Positions 51,559 through 62,804 are shown, numbered from the stretch's first letter. The stretch: DNA of 64,000 bases from Bacillota bacterium (GCA_021797775.1 JAJZZC010000001.1:3049-67048); one strand, 5' to 3'. Made by a program: numbers and translations. Notes: generated by a model not told the origin, from the letters alone.

Positions 51559-52727
51559 TCATCGTCGCTGTGCCCGATGACCCAAGCCCTCCAACACGGC
51601 GAGCGCGGCGTCGGCCTCCCCGGCCGTCGCGAAACCCAGGCGCAAGGTGCCGCCTTCTCCCTCACGCAGCCGCAGGATCTCGATGTCCTGCACGTTGATC
51701 CCGCGCTCCCCCAGGGCACCGCACAGGTGCCCCAACACCCCGGGCCGGTCGGGGACGAAGAGCACCAGGTCGTGGTAGGCCGGAAGGAGGCCCTTGCCGC
51801 GCGCGGGGAGCCGTCCACGCACCGCGCGGGCATCCGTGAAGTGGCGCGTGAGGGACGCCCGGTCTCCGGCGGCCACCGCGCGCCGCACGTCGGTGAGCAG
51901 GGCCTGGACGGCGTCGATCCCGGCGACGACGCGGTCGCGATTGGTATCCAGGACATCGAGCCAGAAGTCCGCGGGGCTCTGCGCGATCCGCGTGGTGTCG
52001 CGAAAGCCGCCGCCGGCCAGGGCCAGCACGCCCGGGTCACCACCCTCGGCCAGGCCGGCGGCCTCCGCCAGGGCCACGGCCACGAGCTGGGGCAGGTGGC
52101 TGATGGCCGCCACCCGCGCGTCATGCCGCTCGGCGTCCAGGGCGACCGGATGCGCCCCGGTAGCCTCCACCAGCTCGCGCAGCTTGGCTGTCGCCCATTC
52201 CGGCCCACCCGGTTCCGCGCAGATCACCCACACCGCCTGTTCGAAGAGGTACGGGTCGGCCGCTTCGACGCCGGCACGCTCGCTCCCGGCCATGGGGTGA
52301 CCGCCGACGAAGACGGGGGGGGCACGGCCGCGGCGTGCCCGCGGAGGGCCGCCGCCATGGCGGCGGCGATGGCGGCCTTGGTGCTCCCGACGTCCGTGAT
52401 CAGGCAGCCGGGATCCGCCGCCGCCGCCACCTCCGGGGCCATGGCGATGCACGCCCGGATCGGCGCGCCGAGCACGACGACGTCGGCGCCGCGCACCGCC
52501 GAGGGCAGATCCACCGCCACCTCGTCCACGGCCCCCAACTCCAGAGACCGACGAAGCCGCTCGGGCGTGCGGGAGAAACCGACCACACGGCCCACCGCGC
52601 CGCGCTGCCGCCAGCGCAACCCCAGGCTGCCGCCGATCAGGCCGACCCCCAGGATCGCCGCACGCGCCGCGACGGGGGTTTGGGCCGGTTCCCCCGCGTC
52701 CCCGGACGGGCCCGCCCGCTCAGGCAT
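51559..52727 (-). pseudogene. tyrA: prephenate dehydrogenase with ACT domain, frameshifted at a C8 tract
   Basis: The N-half (GVGLIGGS, TDVGSTK) and the C-half (GGHPMAGSE, HD..VAAISHLP, FRDTTRIA, PDRPG ACT) are in different frames, switching at the G8 run 52315-52322. Confidence 0.88.
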
Positions 52728-53763
52728 GGGCAGCAGGCGAGCGCGCGGGGTGAAGTTCGCGGTCGATAGCCGCGGCCACACGCTGGACGTCGGCGGCCAT
52801 GTGCGCAAAGGCCGCGAAGTTGAGGGTCTGGGGGCCGTCGGAAAGGGCCTCGGCCGGGTTGGGATGGACCTCGACGATCAACCCGTCCGCCCCCGCGGCT
52901 ACTCCGGCCCGCGCCAGGGCCGGCACCAGCGCGGAACGGCCGGTTCCGTGGCTCGGATCGACGATGACCGGCAGGTGGCACATCTCCTTGACGACCGGCA
53001 CCGCGTTGAGGTCGAGGGTGAAGCGTGTGGCCGTCTCGAACGTCCGGATGCCCCGCTCACAGAGGATCACGTCGTGATTGCCGCCGGCCAGCAGGTACTC
53101 GGCGGCCATGAGCCACTCCTGGATGGTGGCGGCGAGGCCGCGCTTGAGCAACACGGGCATCTTCGTACTGCCCACCTCGCGCAACAGGTCGTAGTTCTGC
53201 ATGTTGCGCGCACCGATCTGCAGGCAGTCCGCGACCCGCGCCACCCGTTCGACGGCTTGCGGGCTCATGACTTCGGTCACGATGGGCAGGCCGACCTCCG
53301 CCCGCACTTCGGCCAGCAGATCCAGGCCCTCCTCGCCGAGGCCGTGGAAGCCGTAGGGCGACGTGCGGGGCTTGTACGCACCGCCGCGCAGGATGCGCGC
53401 CCCGGCGGCCTTCACGGCGTGCGCCGTCTGCAGCAACTGCTCACGGCTCTCCACGGAACAGGGCCCCGCGATGAGCACCACCTCGGGTCCGCCGACCTCG
53501 ACGCCGGCCACACGGACCAGCGTGGGTTCGGGATGGCCCTCGCGGCTCGCCAGCTTGAACGGTTGGCGGATGGGTACCACCTTCTCCACGCCGTCCATCG
53601 CCTCCAGGTCTGTGCCGGGCAGCACGTTCTTGTCGCCGACTGCGCCGATCACCGTGCGTTCGGAGCCGCGCGAGATGTGGGCGTCAAAGCCCAGGTCCCG
53701 CAGCCGGCCGGCCACACGGGCGACGGCCGCATCGTCCGCGCCGGGCCTCATGACCACAATCAC
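52720..53763 (-). CDS. aroF: DAHP synthase (type I-beta)
   Basis: [51 protein letters not shown]. Confidence 0.96.
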   Translation of the reverse strand: MIVVMRPGADDAAVARVAGRLRDLGFDAHISRGSERTVIGAVGDKNVLPGTDLEAMDGVEKVVPIRQPFKLASREGHPEPTLVRVAGVEVGGPEVVLIAGPCSVESREQLLQTAHAVKAAGARILRGGAYKPRTSPYGFHGLGEEGLDLLAEVRAEVGLPIVTEVMSPQAVERVARVADCLQIGARNMQNYDLLREVGSTKMPVLLKRGLAATIQEWLMAAEYLLAGGNHDVILCERGIRTFETATRFTLDLNAVPVVKEMCHLPVIVDPSHGTGRSALVPALARAGVAAGADGLIVEVHPNPAEALSDGPQTLNFAAFAHMAADVQRVAAAIDRELHPARSPAAHA

Positions 53764-53861
53764 GACGCGCACCCCCTGCAGTGGTTCCCCGGCCTCGCGC
53801 CAACGGTCCGGCTGGCGCCAAAAGGACGTCCTCCCCGGCAGGCGCCGACGGCCCGCCGGGG

Positions 53862-54170
53862 CAAAAAAAAGCCCCCGCCCGTCGTTAGGGGCGGAGGAAC
53901 CGCGGTACCACCCTAGTGTTCCATACGGCATAGCAGCCAGCGCCGTGGAACGCTTTGCCGCCCGCACGGCCGCCCTCGCGGCTCGTCGTGGGCTGTCCCT
54001 TACCGCGGGACCAACGCCCGGCCATACTGGGCCGTTCCACCGCCGCGGAGGCGACGGAACACCGTTCCTGCCGGGAGCCTCGGGGTGTATTCACGCGCGT
54101 CCAGCACCGGGCTCCCACCGTCCCCGGCTCGCTAGCGCCGACCTGCCACGCTACTCTGCCCCGTCATAGG
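53862..54170 (-). promoter_or_regulatory. T-box riboswitch (probable Tyr specifier) with terminator
   Basis: AGGGTGGTACCGCG T-box followed by a hairpin plus T8; GAA-TAC-A specifier context at 54089-54087; lies upstream of aroF-tyrA. Confidence 0.9.
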
Positions 54171-54182
54171 TGGATCATCGCC

Positions 54183-54212
54183 AGTATAGGCAGGCCGCGG
54201 CGGGCCCGTCAA
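54183..54212 (-). promoter_or_regulatory. sigmaA promoter for the T-box/aroF operon
   Basis: TTGACG-18 bp-TATACT on the minus strand. Confidence 0.75.
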
Positions 54213-54324
54213 CGGCGGGACGCGAGCCACAGCTGGACGCGGCGCCGCCGCTGCCGGCCCGAGGTGGGCGGCGGTGGGGCGGTGACCGGCGGCGCAACCG
54301 CCCCGGCGGCCCTTGCCCGATCCA

Positions 54325-54451
54325 CCTGATTGCCGCGAAGGGGCGGTCCGTCGCCTTGTCGCCCGGGGGCCGGCCCCTCCCCACCACCTCACCCGCCCGC
54401 GTCGGGGGGCCTTCCGCGCCAGCGCCGTCCCCTGACTTTGGCAGGTTCAGG
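54325..54451 (-). mobile_element. diverged 127-bp MITE, copy 5
   Basis: CCTGA...AAGGGGCGG..GTCGCCTT...GGCCGGCCCCT...CTCACCCGC...TTCAGG; flanks ATCCA and ATCAA (near-duplication). Confidence 0.75.
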
Positions 54452-54553
54452 ATCAACCTGCGCGGCCAGTCCGCCTCGACCGCCCCCCTAGGACCACGCG
54501 CCCAGGGCCTGCCGCTCGCAAAGATCCAGGACGCGCCTTCGCGCCTGCGGTGC

Positions 54554-56725
54554 TCAGGTCACGCCCACGGTGACGAACCGGTCCGGCTGGAAGCCGGCGA
54601 CATGGTCGAAGATCGCCAGGACGTTGTTGCCGCCGTGGGGGGTCGCGTAGACTCCCACCCAGCAGCCCAGGAAGCCCATGCCCACTGGCGCGTAGGCCTG
54701 GGTCCAGTCCGTCCCGTCGAGTGACGTATACGCCGTCCAGTGATCAACCTCGAAGTCGAGCCGCAGCCACACCGGGCGCAGAAGGTAGTTGTGCGCCGGC
54801 CGGGTCGCACGGCGCAGGATCACGTCCTTGCCGATCAGGCCCGTCGGGTTGCTGTTCGAGGGCGGGCGGTGATCCCCGAGCGAGGTGCCCGCGAACGGCC
54901 GGGTGTGCATGTGTACGCCTCTGCCCACCGCCACCTCGATGCCGATCTCCCCCGCCATGCTGGAGAGGTCGCTGCGCGCCATCAGGCCGATCTTGGCGCC
55001 GTCCGTCAGGCTGTGGCCCACGTGTGCGGCAATAGAGGCCAGGCGGCAGACGAACCGGCCGCGGCCCGCCACGTAGGCCTGGGCGGCGAAGGTCATGCTG
55101 TCGAGGGCGCCAGCCACCCCCCCGCCCTCGCCGATGACCGTCACCGTGCCGGATCTCTTGTTGACCCACGCCAGGGAAGGGGACGGGACCGGAGGCAACC
55201 CCAGGCCGCCGACCGGCGGCTCAGGGAAGCGGATGGCGCGCCCGGCACCCTCCGCGGCCATCCCCGCGGCCACCGCGGCACGGAAGCGGCGCCGCGCCTG
55301 CGCCCGTGACGCGGCGGCGCCGCCGGCCGCCTGCTGCGCCGCGTCGATCCGCTGCGTCATCTCGCGAAAGGCGGCGTCCACGCCGATGGTCTGCGCCTCC
55401 AGCATCCGGGCGTAACGCGCGATGATGCCTTTGACCTCCACGGCGGCGTAGCGGAAGGCGCGGCCGAAATACGGTTCGCCGTTGCGCACCGGCAGGACGA
55501 AGGCGTCCAGGTTCTTGTCCCGGAGTGGCGGCGCGAACTGCACCACGATCCGCTTCCATTCCTCCCACAGCGCCGCCTGGTTGGGTCCGGCCAGAGCGGT
55601 ACGCATGACCAGGCGCTGCCAGTCGGGACCGAACGCCATCCACTTCAGCAACGCCCACGCCTGCTCGGGGTGGCGCGTCCCGGACCACACCCCGTAGAAG
55701 TCGCTGGCTGCGTACGCGCTGCGCCGCACCGGCCAGGCAGGATCGGGGAAGAAGTCCCAGCGGAAACCCTTCCACCGCTCCGCCTCGGCGACCTGGCCCC
55801 CGTATGTGCCCGTGTTATGGGTACAGACCACTTTGCCCTTGACGAAGTCGCCGAAGCCGGCGACGCCGTCCCAGAGGAGTTGGTAGCGGGCGCGCCCACA
55901 GGCCAAAGACCCCGGGCTGCTGAGATAACAGCGCGTCGGATCGACGGGGTCCACGTATTCTCCCCCGTAACCCCAGAGCCGGTACGGTGTGATCATGTTA
56001 TAACTGTAGTCATAGCCCGCGTTGTCGAGGTCTGTGCCAAACCGCTGGCGCCTGCCGCGGCCGGGCCGTACCGTCACCGCCTCCCACAGCCGGGTCCAGT
56101 CCTGCACCGTCCAGTCCGGCTGTGGCGATAGGTGGCCGACGCCGTCCACGGCGCTGAGGTTCACGGCATAAGCCTGGGTATGCACGTACGCGGGTACGGC
56201 GAAGAGAGCGTGGGGCTGGCCGGGCGCGAACTGGCCGGCCTCCTGGAAAAACGTCATCTCCCCGGGCGGGAAGATGTCCAGCTGCAGGCGATCGCGCTGG
56301 ATGTAGGGAGCGAGATCCAGCATCAGGTCGTTCTGGACGAACGGGCGGAGGATCCAGTCGGAGAAGACATCCGGGCCCGTGCCGGCCAGCATGGCCGCCT
56401 GCGTGGCCCCCTGGTATCCCTGGTCGGTGAACAGCCGGACCTCTACGCCCGGATGATCCGCGAAGAACGACCCCATCCCCGCGGAAAGCAACTCCCAGAG
56501 TGCGGGGCCGACAGCCGTGGGCCAGGCCTGGGAGGGCAGAAGATAGAGCACCACGGGCGCCGCCGCCGCAGGCGTGGGGCGGCTCGACACGGGGCGCCGG
56601 GCCCCGCCGCAGGCCACCAACAGCGTGCCGGCAGCGGCTGCGCCCGTCCCGGCCAGCGCCGCCCGCAAGGCACGACGGCGGGTCCACCCTCCCTCGGCGG
56701 CCGCCGCGCCCCGCCTGGAGAGCAT
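54554..56725 (-). CDS. Tat/lipoprotein solute-binding protein fused to a ConA-like domain; paralogue 3
   Basis: WTRRRAL plus LLVAC lipobox, AGTGPDVF, LDLAPYI, HPEQAWALLKW, APPLRDKNL; C-terminal AKIGLMARSDLS, NYLLRPVW, YTSLDGTDWT, GCWVG. Confidence 0.88.
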   Translation of the reverse strand: MLSRRGAAAAEGGWTRRRALRAALAGTGAAAAGTLLVACGGARRPVSSRPTPAAAAPVVLYLLPSQAWPTAVGPALWELLSAGMGSFFADHPGVEVRLFTDQGYQGATQAAMLAGTGPDVFSDWILRPFVQNDLMLDLAPYIQRDRLQLDIFPPGEMTFFQEAGQFAPGQPHALFAVPAYVHTQAYAVNLSAVDGVGHLSPQPDWTVQDWTRLWEAVTVRPGRGRRQRFGTDLDNAGYDYSYNMITPYRLWGYGGEYVDPVDPTRCYLSSPGSLACGRARYQLLWDGVAGFGDFVKGKVVCTHNTGTYGGQVAEAERWKGFRWDFFPDPAWPVRRSAYAASDFYGVWSGTRHPEQAWALLKWMAFGPDWQRLVMRTALAGPNQAALWEEWKRIVVQFAPPLRDKNLDAFVLPVRNGEPYFGRAFRYAAVEVKGIIARYARMLEAQTIGVDAAFREMTQRIDAAQQAAGGAAASRAQARRRFRAAVAAGMAAEGAGRAIRFPEPPVGGLGLPPVPSPSLAWVNKRSGTVTVIGEGGGVAGALDSMTFAAQAYVAGRGRFVCRLASIAAHVGHSLTDGAKIGLMARSDLSSMAGEIGIEVAVGRGVHMHTRPFAGTSLGDHRPPSNSNPTGLIGKDVILRRATRPAHNYLLRPVWLRLDFEVDHWTAYTSLDGTDWTQAYAPVGMGFLGCWVGVYATPHGGNNVLAIFDHVAGFQPDRFVTVGVT

Positions 56726-57160
56726 CCATCCTCTGCCCAAGCCGTCCACTCCTTGGCGGGGAAGCCGTCCCGCCGAGCCTGCACCAGAGCCGTCCCCCTT
56801 CCGCCAAGCGCGCGGACGGCGCCCCGTCGCGGCACGTTCCCCCCGGCCGGACGCCTCCTTTGTTCGCACCACGGGCGGCCGACACCTGCCCCGCAGGGCG
56901 GACGACGAGCGGGGAGGCATGGGCCGGGGGGAGGCGATGCAAGGCACGGACCGGCCTGTGGCGGCCCGCGGCCCAGGGGCACCGCACGGATCGCGCTGCG
57001 CGCGGGACCCCTTTGCGCACGGGCCCGCCGCTGCGCCGGGAGCAGCCCGGCGGGGGGGCTGCCGCGCCAGCGGGCGACGCGGCGCGGGGCAAGGGGAGCG
57101 CGCGCCGACCGGGGACGGCCACGCCCCGGCCGGCGGCTCGGACGGGCAGGGGGTCCGGCG

Positions 57161-59941
57161 TCACGAGAGCCCGGAGCCTGAGGCGCCGCGCAAGCGGACT
57201 TCAGCGACGACCCCCGCGCAGCGCGCGCACAAGCCGTCGGCCACCGCGGGCCGGTGCCGCCAGCAGCGTGGGCAGCGCGGGTCGGCGGTCCGCTCCGCGG
57301 CGATGGCCGGCTCGCCCGGCAGGAGCCGCACGCCGGCCACCAGCAGCAGGTCGGCCAGTTCGTCCGCCAAGGGCTGGAGCGAGGTGTACACGGCCTCGGG
57401 AAGCGTCGCCGTCACAGCGGCCTCCGCCGCCTTCCCGATCCGGCCAGCCGCGACTTCGGCCTCCACCGCGCGGGCCACCTCCGCCCGCAGGCGCAGCAGC
57501 GCATTCCACCGCTCCTCCGCCGCCGGATCCCACGCCGCCGCTGGGGGATCCCCCCACAGCAGCAGGTGCACGGAATCGGGGTCGCCGGGCCGGTGCGGCA
57601 GGTGGCCCCAGGCCTCGTCCGCCGTATACGGCAGGATCGGCGCGATGGCCAGCAGGACGCCGCGCGCCACCTCATACATCGCGGCCTGGCTGGCGCGACG
57701 AGCTGGCGCGTCAGGGGCCTCGCAGTAGAGGCGGTCCTTGGCCACGTCCAGGTAGAAGCTGGACAGGTCCTGGACGCAGAACTCCTGCAACAGATGGTAG
57801 ACGGCGTTGTAGCGGTAGCCTTCGTAGGCCTGGACGGCTCGGGTGAGGAAACGGCGCAGGCGCTCCAGCACCCAACGGTCGCGCTCCGGGAGTCCCGCCG
57901 GGTCGAACAGAGCGGCCGGCTCGAACCCGGCAAGGTTCCCCAACAGAAACCGCACCGTGTTACGCACCTTGCGATAGACCTCGCCGACCTGCGCCATGAT
58001 CGGCTCGGAGACGCGCACGTCGGCGGTGTAGTCGACCGACGCCACCCACAGGCGCAACACGTCGGCGCCCCAGCGGGGCAGAAGGTCCTGCGGTGTGATC
58101 ACGTTGCCCAGCGACTTATGCATCGCCCGCCCCTGGCCGTCGAGCACCCAGCCGTGGCAGACCACGCCGCGGTAGGGCGCTTCGCCGCGCACCGCTACTG
58201 ACGTCAGTAGCGAGGACTGGAACCAACCGCGGAACTGGTCCGGCCCCTCCAGGTAGAGATCGGCCGGCCACCGCAGCTGCGCGTGGTGGGGTAGGACGGC
58301 CAGATGGCTACAGCCGCTGTCGAACCAGACGTCGAGGATGTCGGGGTCCTTGCGTACCGCCGTGCCGCCGCAGCGGGGACAGGAGACGCCCGCGGGGAGG
58401 AAGTCCGCCGCGGGGCGGCGCCACCACGCGTCCGCGCCCTCGGCGCGCACGACGTCCGCCACGCGGCCGAAGACCTCCGGGCACAGCAGGGGCTCGCCGC
58501 ACCCCTCGCAGTGCAACACCGGGATCGGCACGCCCCACACCCGCTGCCGCGACAGGCACCAGTCCCCGCGCCCGCGCAGCATGTCGACCATGCGCTGCTC
58601 GCCCCAGGCTGGGTGCCACCGCACCGCGCGCGCCGCGGCCTCCGCCCGTTCGCGGAACGCCTCCACGTTGCAGAACCACTGCTCGGTGGCGCGCCAGACC
58701 ACCGGCTTGCGGCAACGCCAGCAGTGCGCGTACTCGTGCCGCACGCGCCCGGCGTGCCAGAGGGCGCCGCGGCCGCGCAGGAGATCGAGGATGCGTGGCT
58801 CCGCCTCGGTGTACAGCAGTCCCGCGACCGGCCCGCCCTCGGCGGTGAAGCGCCCCTGCGGATCGAGCGGCTGGATGACCGGCAAACCGTACCGCCGCCC
58901 GGTGTCGAAGTCCTCGCGGCCGTGGCCGGGGGCCGTGTGCACGAGGCCGGTGCCCTCGTCGGCGCTCACGTAGTCCGCCAGGACGATGGGGCTGTCGCGA
59001 TCGAGGAAGGGGTGGGTGCAGACGATGCCCTGCAGATCCGCTCCTTGGAAGGAGGCCAGCGTGTCGCCCGGCGTGACGCCCTCGGGGGAAAGGGGGGCGA
59101 AGGTGGCCGCGACGCAGGTCGCGGCCAGCAGGATCGGCCCGCGCGCGCTCTGCACCACCACATAGCGCAGGTCGGGGTGGACGGCGATCGCCACGTTGGC
59201 CGGCAGGGTCCAGGGCGTGGTCGTCCAGATCGCCGCACGCGTGCCCTCGGGGAGTCGGGCCCGGCCGTCGCGCACCGGGAAGAGCACGGTGACGCCCAAG
59301 GACTCGGTGTCGCGGAATTCGACCTCGGCCTCGGCCAGCGCGGTCGTGCAGTCGACGCACCAGTACACGGGCCGCAGGCCCCGGTAGATCCGGCCGTCCA
59401 CCGCCATCCGCCCGAAGGCGGCGATCTCCTCCGCCTCAAACGCGGGGTCCAGTGTGGTGTAGGGGTGGGCCCAGTCGGCCGTCACGCCAAGGCGCGCGAA
59501 CTGGGCGGTCATCGTGTCGAGGAACTGCAGGGCGAAGGCGCGGCAGCGCGCTCGGATCTCCAGGGGCTCGGTACGCGCGCGGTCCATCTTGTAGTGGCGC
59601 AGGGCCTGGAGTTCGATCGGCAGGCCGTGGGTGTCCCACCCGGGAACGTTGGGGGCGTCGTAGCCGCGCAGGGTCGCGAAGCGCACGACGAAGTCCTTCA
59701 GCGACTTGCCCAGCGCCGTGCCCATGTGGATATTGCCGTTCACGTAGGGCGGGCCGTCGTGCAGGATGAAAGGCGGCCGACCCGCTCGGGCGGCGCGCGT
59801 ACGCCCGTACAGGTCCCCCTCCTCCCAACGCCGCTGGATCGCCGGCTCGCGGCGCGGCAAATCCGCCTTCATCGAGAAATCGGTACGCGGCAGGTTGAGC
59901 GTGGCGCGCCACTGTTCGGGCTCGTCGGGCAAGGCCGTCAC
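57161..59941 (-). CDS. ileS: isoleucine--tRNA ligase
   Basis: HDGPPY, HMGT (HIGH-like), WDTHGLPIE, DVWFDSG, AMHKS (KMSKS-like), C-terminal CPRCW zinc finger. Confidence 0.97.
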   Translation of the reverse strand: MTALPDEPEQWRATLNLPRTDFSMKADLPRREPAIQRRWEEGDLYGRTRAARAGRPPFILHDGPPYVNGNIHMGTALGKSLKDFVVRFATLRGYDAPNVPGWDTHGLPIELQALRHYKMDRARTEPLEIRARCRAFALQFLDTMTAQFARLGVTADWAHPYTTLDPAFEAEEIAAFGRMAVDGRIYRGLRPVYWCVDCTTALAEAEVEFRDTESLGVTVLFPVRDGRARLPEGTRAAIWTTTPWTLPANVAIAVHPDLRYVVVQSARGPILLAATCVAATFAPLSPEGVTPGDTLASFQGADLQGIVCTHPFLDRDSPIVLADYVSADEGTGLVHTAPGHGREDFDTGRRYGLPVIQPLDPQGRFTAEGGPVAGLLYTEAEPRILDLLRGRGALWHAGRVRHEYAHCWRCRKPVVWRATEQWFCNVEAFRERAEAAARAVRWHPAWGEQRMVDMLRGRGDWCLSRQRVWGVPIPVLHCEGCGEPLLCPEVFGRVADVVRAEGADAWWRRPAADFLPAGVSCPRCGGTAVRKDPDILDVWFDSGCSHLAVLPHHAQLRWPADLYLEGPDQFRGWFQSSLLTSVAVRGEAPYRGVVCHGWVLDGQGRAMHKSLGNVITPQDLLPRWGADVLRLWVASVDYTADVRVSEPIMAQVGEVYRKVRNTVRFLLGNLAGFEPAALFDPAGLPERDRWVLERLRRFLTRAVQAYEGYRYNAVYHLLQEFCVQDLSSFYLDVAKDRLYCEAPDAPARRASQAAMYEVARGVLLAIAPILPYTADEAWGHLPHRPGDPDSVHLLLWGDPPAAAWDPAAEERWNALLRLRAEVARAVEAEVAAGRIGKAAEAAVTATLPEAVYTSLQPLADELADLLLVAGVRLLPGEPAIAAERTADPRCPRCWRHRPAVADGLCARCAGVVAEVRLRGASGSGLS

Positions 59942-59949
59942 CCCCGCTT

Positions 59950-60195
59950 AAACGACAAGGCCCCCCACCCACAAAGGGCGGAGGGATTCCGCGGTACCAC
60001 CTTTCCTGCGATCCCCCACATGGGGGCACGCCACTCAGAAGCGCCCGCTATCGCCGGGCCGCGCGCCGCCGCGGGCGCGACGGAAGAAGCCGGGGTGATG
60101 CGCCGATCGCAGCGGACCGCCGGGCTTCCACCTCGCCCCGGCTCTCTGACGGCCCACGTCCGCGATGCGCCCGTCCCCGACCCGTGGAGCGTATC
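59950..60195 (-). promoter_or_regulatory. T-box riboswitch (probable Ile specifier)
   Basis: AAAGGTGGTACCGCG T-box, AGAGAG and GGTGGAAG stem I elements, ATC-A specifier context; lies upstream of ileS. Confidence 0.88.
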
Positions 60196-60905
60196 GCGCC
60201 GGAGTGAGGGGCGCAAGGGCGGGGGGCGCGGGCCAGCGCCCGCCGAAGAGGCCGTCATGTGCGCCCCGCCCCGGGGGTAAACGGCGTTGGAAACGCATTC
60301 CGCGTGTCGAACATCACGATCTGCGAAGCCATGATGAGGAATGCCTCAAGGTCGGCATCCTCCCCAAGCCAGTTCCTCAGATACACCCGAGGCAGCGGTC
60401 GGGAGCAAGCGAGCGCACTTGGCATGATCGCTCCCTCGCGGCAGTGACCATGGCGCTCGCGTCCGCAGACCAGCGCGAGAGGCACTGGACGAGCACATCG
60501 AGCGGAGAAACCGCAACGCGCGCTCCCCCCGCATCCGATCCGTCCACGACGCACGGTCGCGCCGTCGTAGGCGCAGCGAGGTGCAGAGCGACGTGGGGGG
60601 TGGGGCGAAGGGGGCCGCGTCTCTCCGGAACCCCTTCGCCCGCGCGCGAGGCAGCGGCGACCCTGGGGGATCCCACCTGTACATCCAGACGGCGCGAGGC
60701 GGCGATTTGCGTGGTCCGAGCCCGTACGTTTGCGCCCTGCCCCCCCGCCCCGCAGAAGGTCGGGCTGGCGCTATGGCGGGTGCCGCGACGGCCGTCGCGC
60801 CTCAGCTACGCCCGGGGCGGGGAGCCTCCGCGGAAAGCGAGCGGGGGGACGGATCTAGCGGTCGGCGCGCCCAGTCCAGCGGACGGGCGCCCCAGCCGGC
60901 GCCCG

Positions 60906-62132
60906 CTACCCGCCCCGCGCGCCCGTGGCATGCGCCTCTTCGGGCGGGGGCGCGTCCTTGAACGCGTACCAGTAGGCCACCAGGTTGGCGCCCATGAACA
61001 GCGCAGCCCCATAGAGCGGCGTGTCCAGAAACGACTCCATCAGCACACCACCGATGGCGGGACTGATGGTCGACGTGACCTGGGCGGGCAGCGAGCCCAG
61101 CGCCGCGACCGCGCCGCGCCGGCGTTCGTCCGCCACGCCCATGGCGTACGACTGCCGCGCGGGCATGCCCAGGGAATTAAACGCCATGCGCAGCGCGTAG
61201 AGGGCACCGGCCAGGGCGAAGGTGGGCATCCAGGCCATCACGATCAGGGTCGCCACCGAAACGGTCCGCGTGACCGTCACAGCACGCACCACTCCAAGGC
61301 GCTCGGCCAGGCGGGCGGCCCCCAGGTAGGGCAGGGCGGTCACCAGGTTGGTCACGGTATACAGAACGCCGAGCGCCCCAGGACCGACACCGTACCGGAC
61401 ATGGAACCAGTAGGTGAGCAGGGGCCCGAGGAAGCCGAAGCCGAGGCCGTTCAGCGAGTTGGTCAGCCCCAGCCTGCCGATAAGCTGCCTGGTGGAAAGG
61501 GCCGCAGCCTGCTGGGGAGAGGTGAAGGGCTCGGGCGGGGTTTCGCGCAGAGGCAGGGTCACCGCCAGCATGGCCAGGGACACCAGCGCACCGAGCAGGA
61601 ACATCAGCCGGTAGGCGTGCAGCCAGGTCCAGCCGGAGGCGTGCAGGGCATCGGGCACATAGGCCACGAGCGAGCCCAGCGCACCGGCCATGACGCCGAC
61701 GAACGAGATCCGGCCGAAGGCCGCCGTCCGCTGCCGGGCGTCCACCGAGGCCGCGACCAGGGGCTGCTCAGCGGGAAAGACCGGCCCCCAGGACCCGCCG
61801 CTGCCCGCCCCCCCTCCGCGCCCGACCCCGCCGAGGCCGCTGGCGAAGGCGATCGCGACCACGTTGGCGGACAGGCCCATCAGCAGGCCGCCCAGGACGC
61901 CGAGCACGCCGAGCATCAGCAACATGCGCCGACGGCCGTGGCGATCGCCGGCGAGCCCGACCACCAGCACCAGCGCGGCCGTGGCGACCCCGCCGACCGT
62001 GAGCAGGCCGCCAATGGCGGCGCTGCGGTAGCCGGCGGCGGCTAGGTACAGCGGGAATACCACGGTGAGGAACGCGGTGCCAAAGCTGCGCAGGGCCCGC
62101 CCCGCATACAGCCAGACGAGGTTGTCGCCCAA
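60906..62132 (-). CDS. MFS transporter
   Basis: About 12 TM segments, GDRHGRRR motif A; start TTG after GGGAGG. Confidence 0.92.
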   Translation of the reverse strand: MGDNLVWLYAGRALRSFGTAFLTVVFPLYLAAAGYRSAAIGGLLTVGGVATAALVLVVGLAGDRHGRRRMLLMLGVLGVLGGLLMGLSANVVAIAFASGLGGVGRGGGAGSGGSWGPVFPAEQPLVAASVDARQRTAAFGRISFVGVMAGALGSLVAYVPDALHASGWTWLHAYRLMFLLGALVSLAMLAVTLPLRETPPEPFTSPQQAAALSTRQLIGRLGLTNSLNGLGFGFLGPLLTYWFHVRYGVGPGALGVLYTVTNLVTALPYLGAARLAERLGVVRAVTVTRTVSVATLIVMAWMPTFALAGALYALRMAFNSLGMPARQSYAMGVADERRRGAVAALGSLPAQVTSTISPAIGGVLMESFLDTPLYGAALFMGANLVAYWYAFKDAPPPEEAHATGARGG

Positions 62133-62281
62133 CGTCCGCCTCCCGGTCGCATGGCCGGCGCGCCGGCGCGCGCCACGGACCCGCCCGCCACCACGGGCCA
62201 AGGGGCATGTCGCGGCGGTCGGAGTCCCGCTGCCGCCCAGCCTTCGCTGGAGGGTGGGACAGCCCCCCCACCGCCAGCGGG

Positions 62282-62605
62282 TCAGCCAGACCGCTCATCC
62301 GTCCGGTGGGCGGCCATCGCGTCCTCGTGCACGAACACGCGATGGCGAGGCGGGCCCTGCAGGAGGTCCTCCCCGAGGGCAACCGCCGCTCGAAAACCGC
62401 TGGACTTCGTGAAGGCCCGGAAGTCCTCCCGCCGATCCCACTCCGAATACACCAGATACGAGCCCGGCCGGTGCACGTCCCGGTAGAGACGGGTGTCGCG
62501 GTGGCCGCGGAGCGTGCCCAAGGCATCGAGCACCTCCGCCATCGCGCGTTCGAACCGCGCTTCCTCCCCTGGCTTGACGTCATAGTTCAACCCAAACGTG
62601 ACCAT
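62282..62605 (-). CDS. antibiotic biosynthesis monooxygenase (ABM) family protein
   Basis: YDVKPGEEARFE...LYRDV...YLVYSEW...F.AF. Confidence 0.88.
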   Translation of the reverse strand: MVTFGLNYDVKPGEEARFERAMAEVLDALGTLRGHRDTRLYRDVHRPGSYLVYSEWDRREDFRAFTKSSGFRAAVALGEDLLQGPPRHRVFVHEDAMAAHRTDERSG

Positions 62606-62804
62606 CTTGGCCTGGTTGAGCCGGGTGCACACGGACCGATGGCCTCGATCCGTGCTCCAGTCGCCCTGACCAGGCTTCCGCCCCTTTCCGGCCTGCGATT
62701 CGCCCTTTCCGAGGCACCAGGCCACCGCTCTGGTTTCGGCCGAAGGGACGCCCGGCTACGGGAGGCCGTCGTCCCGAGGGGTCAGCGCCGCGGGCTGCGG
62801 CACG

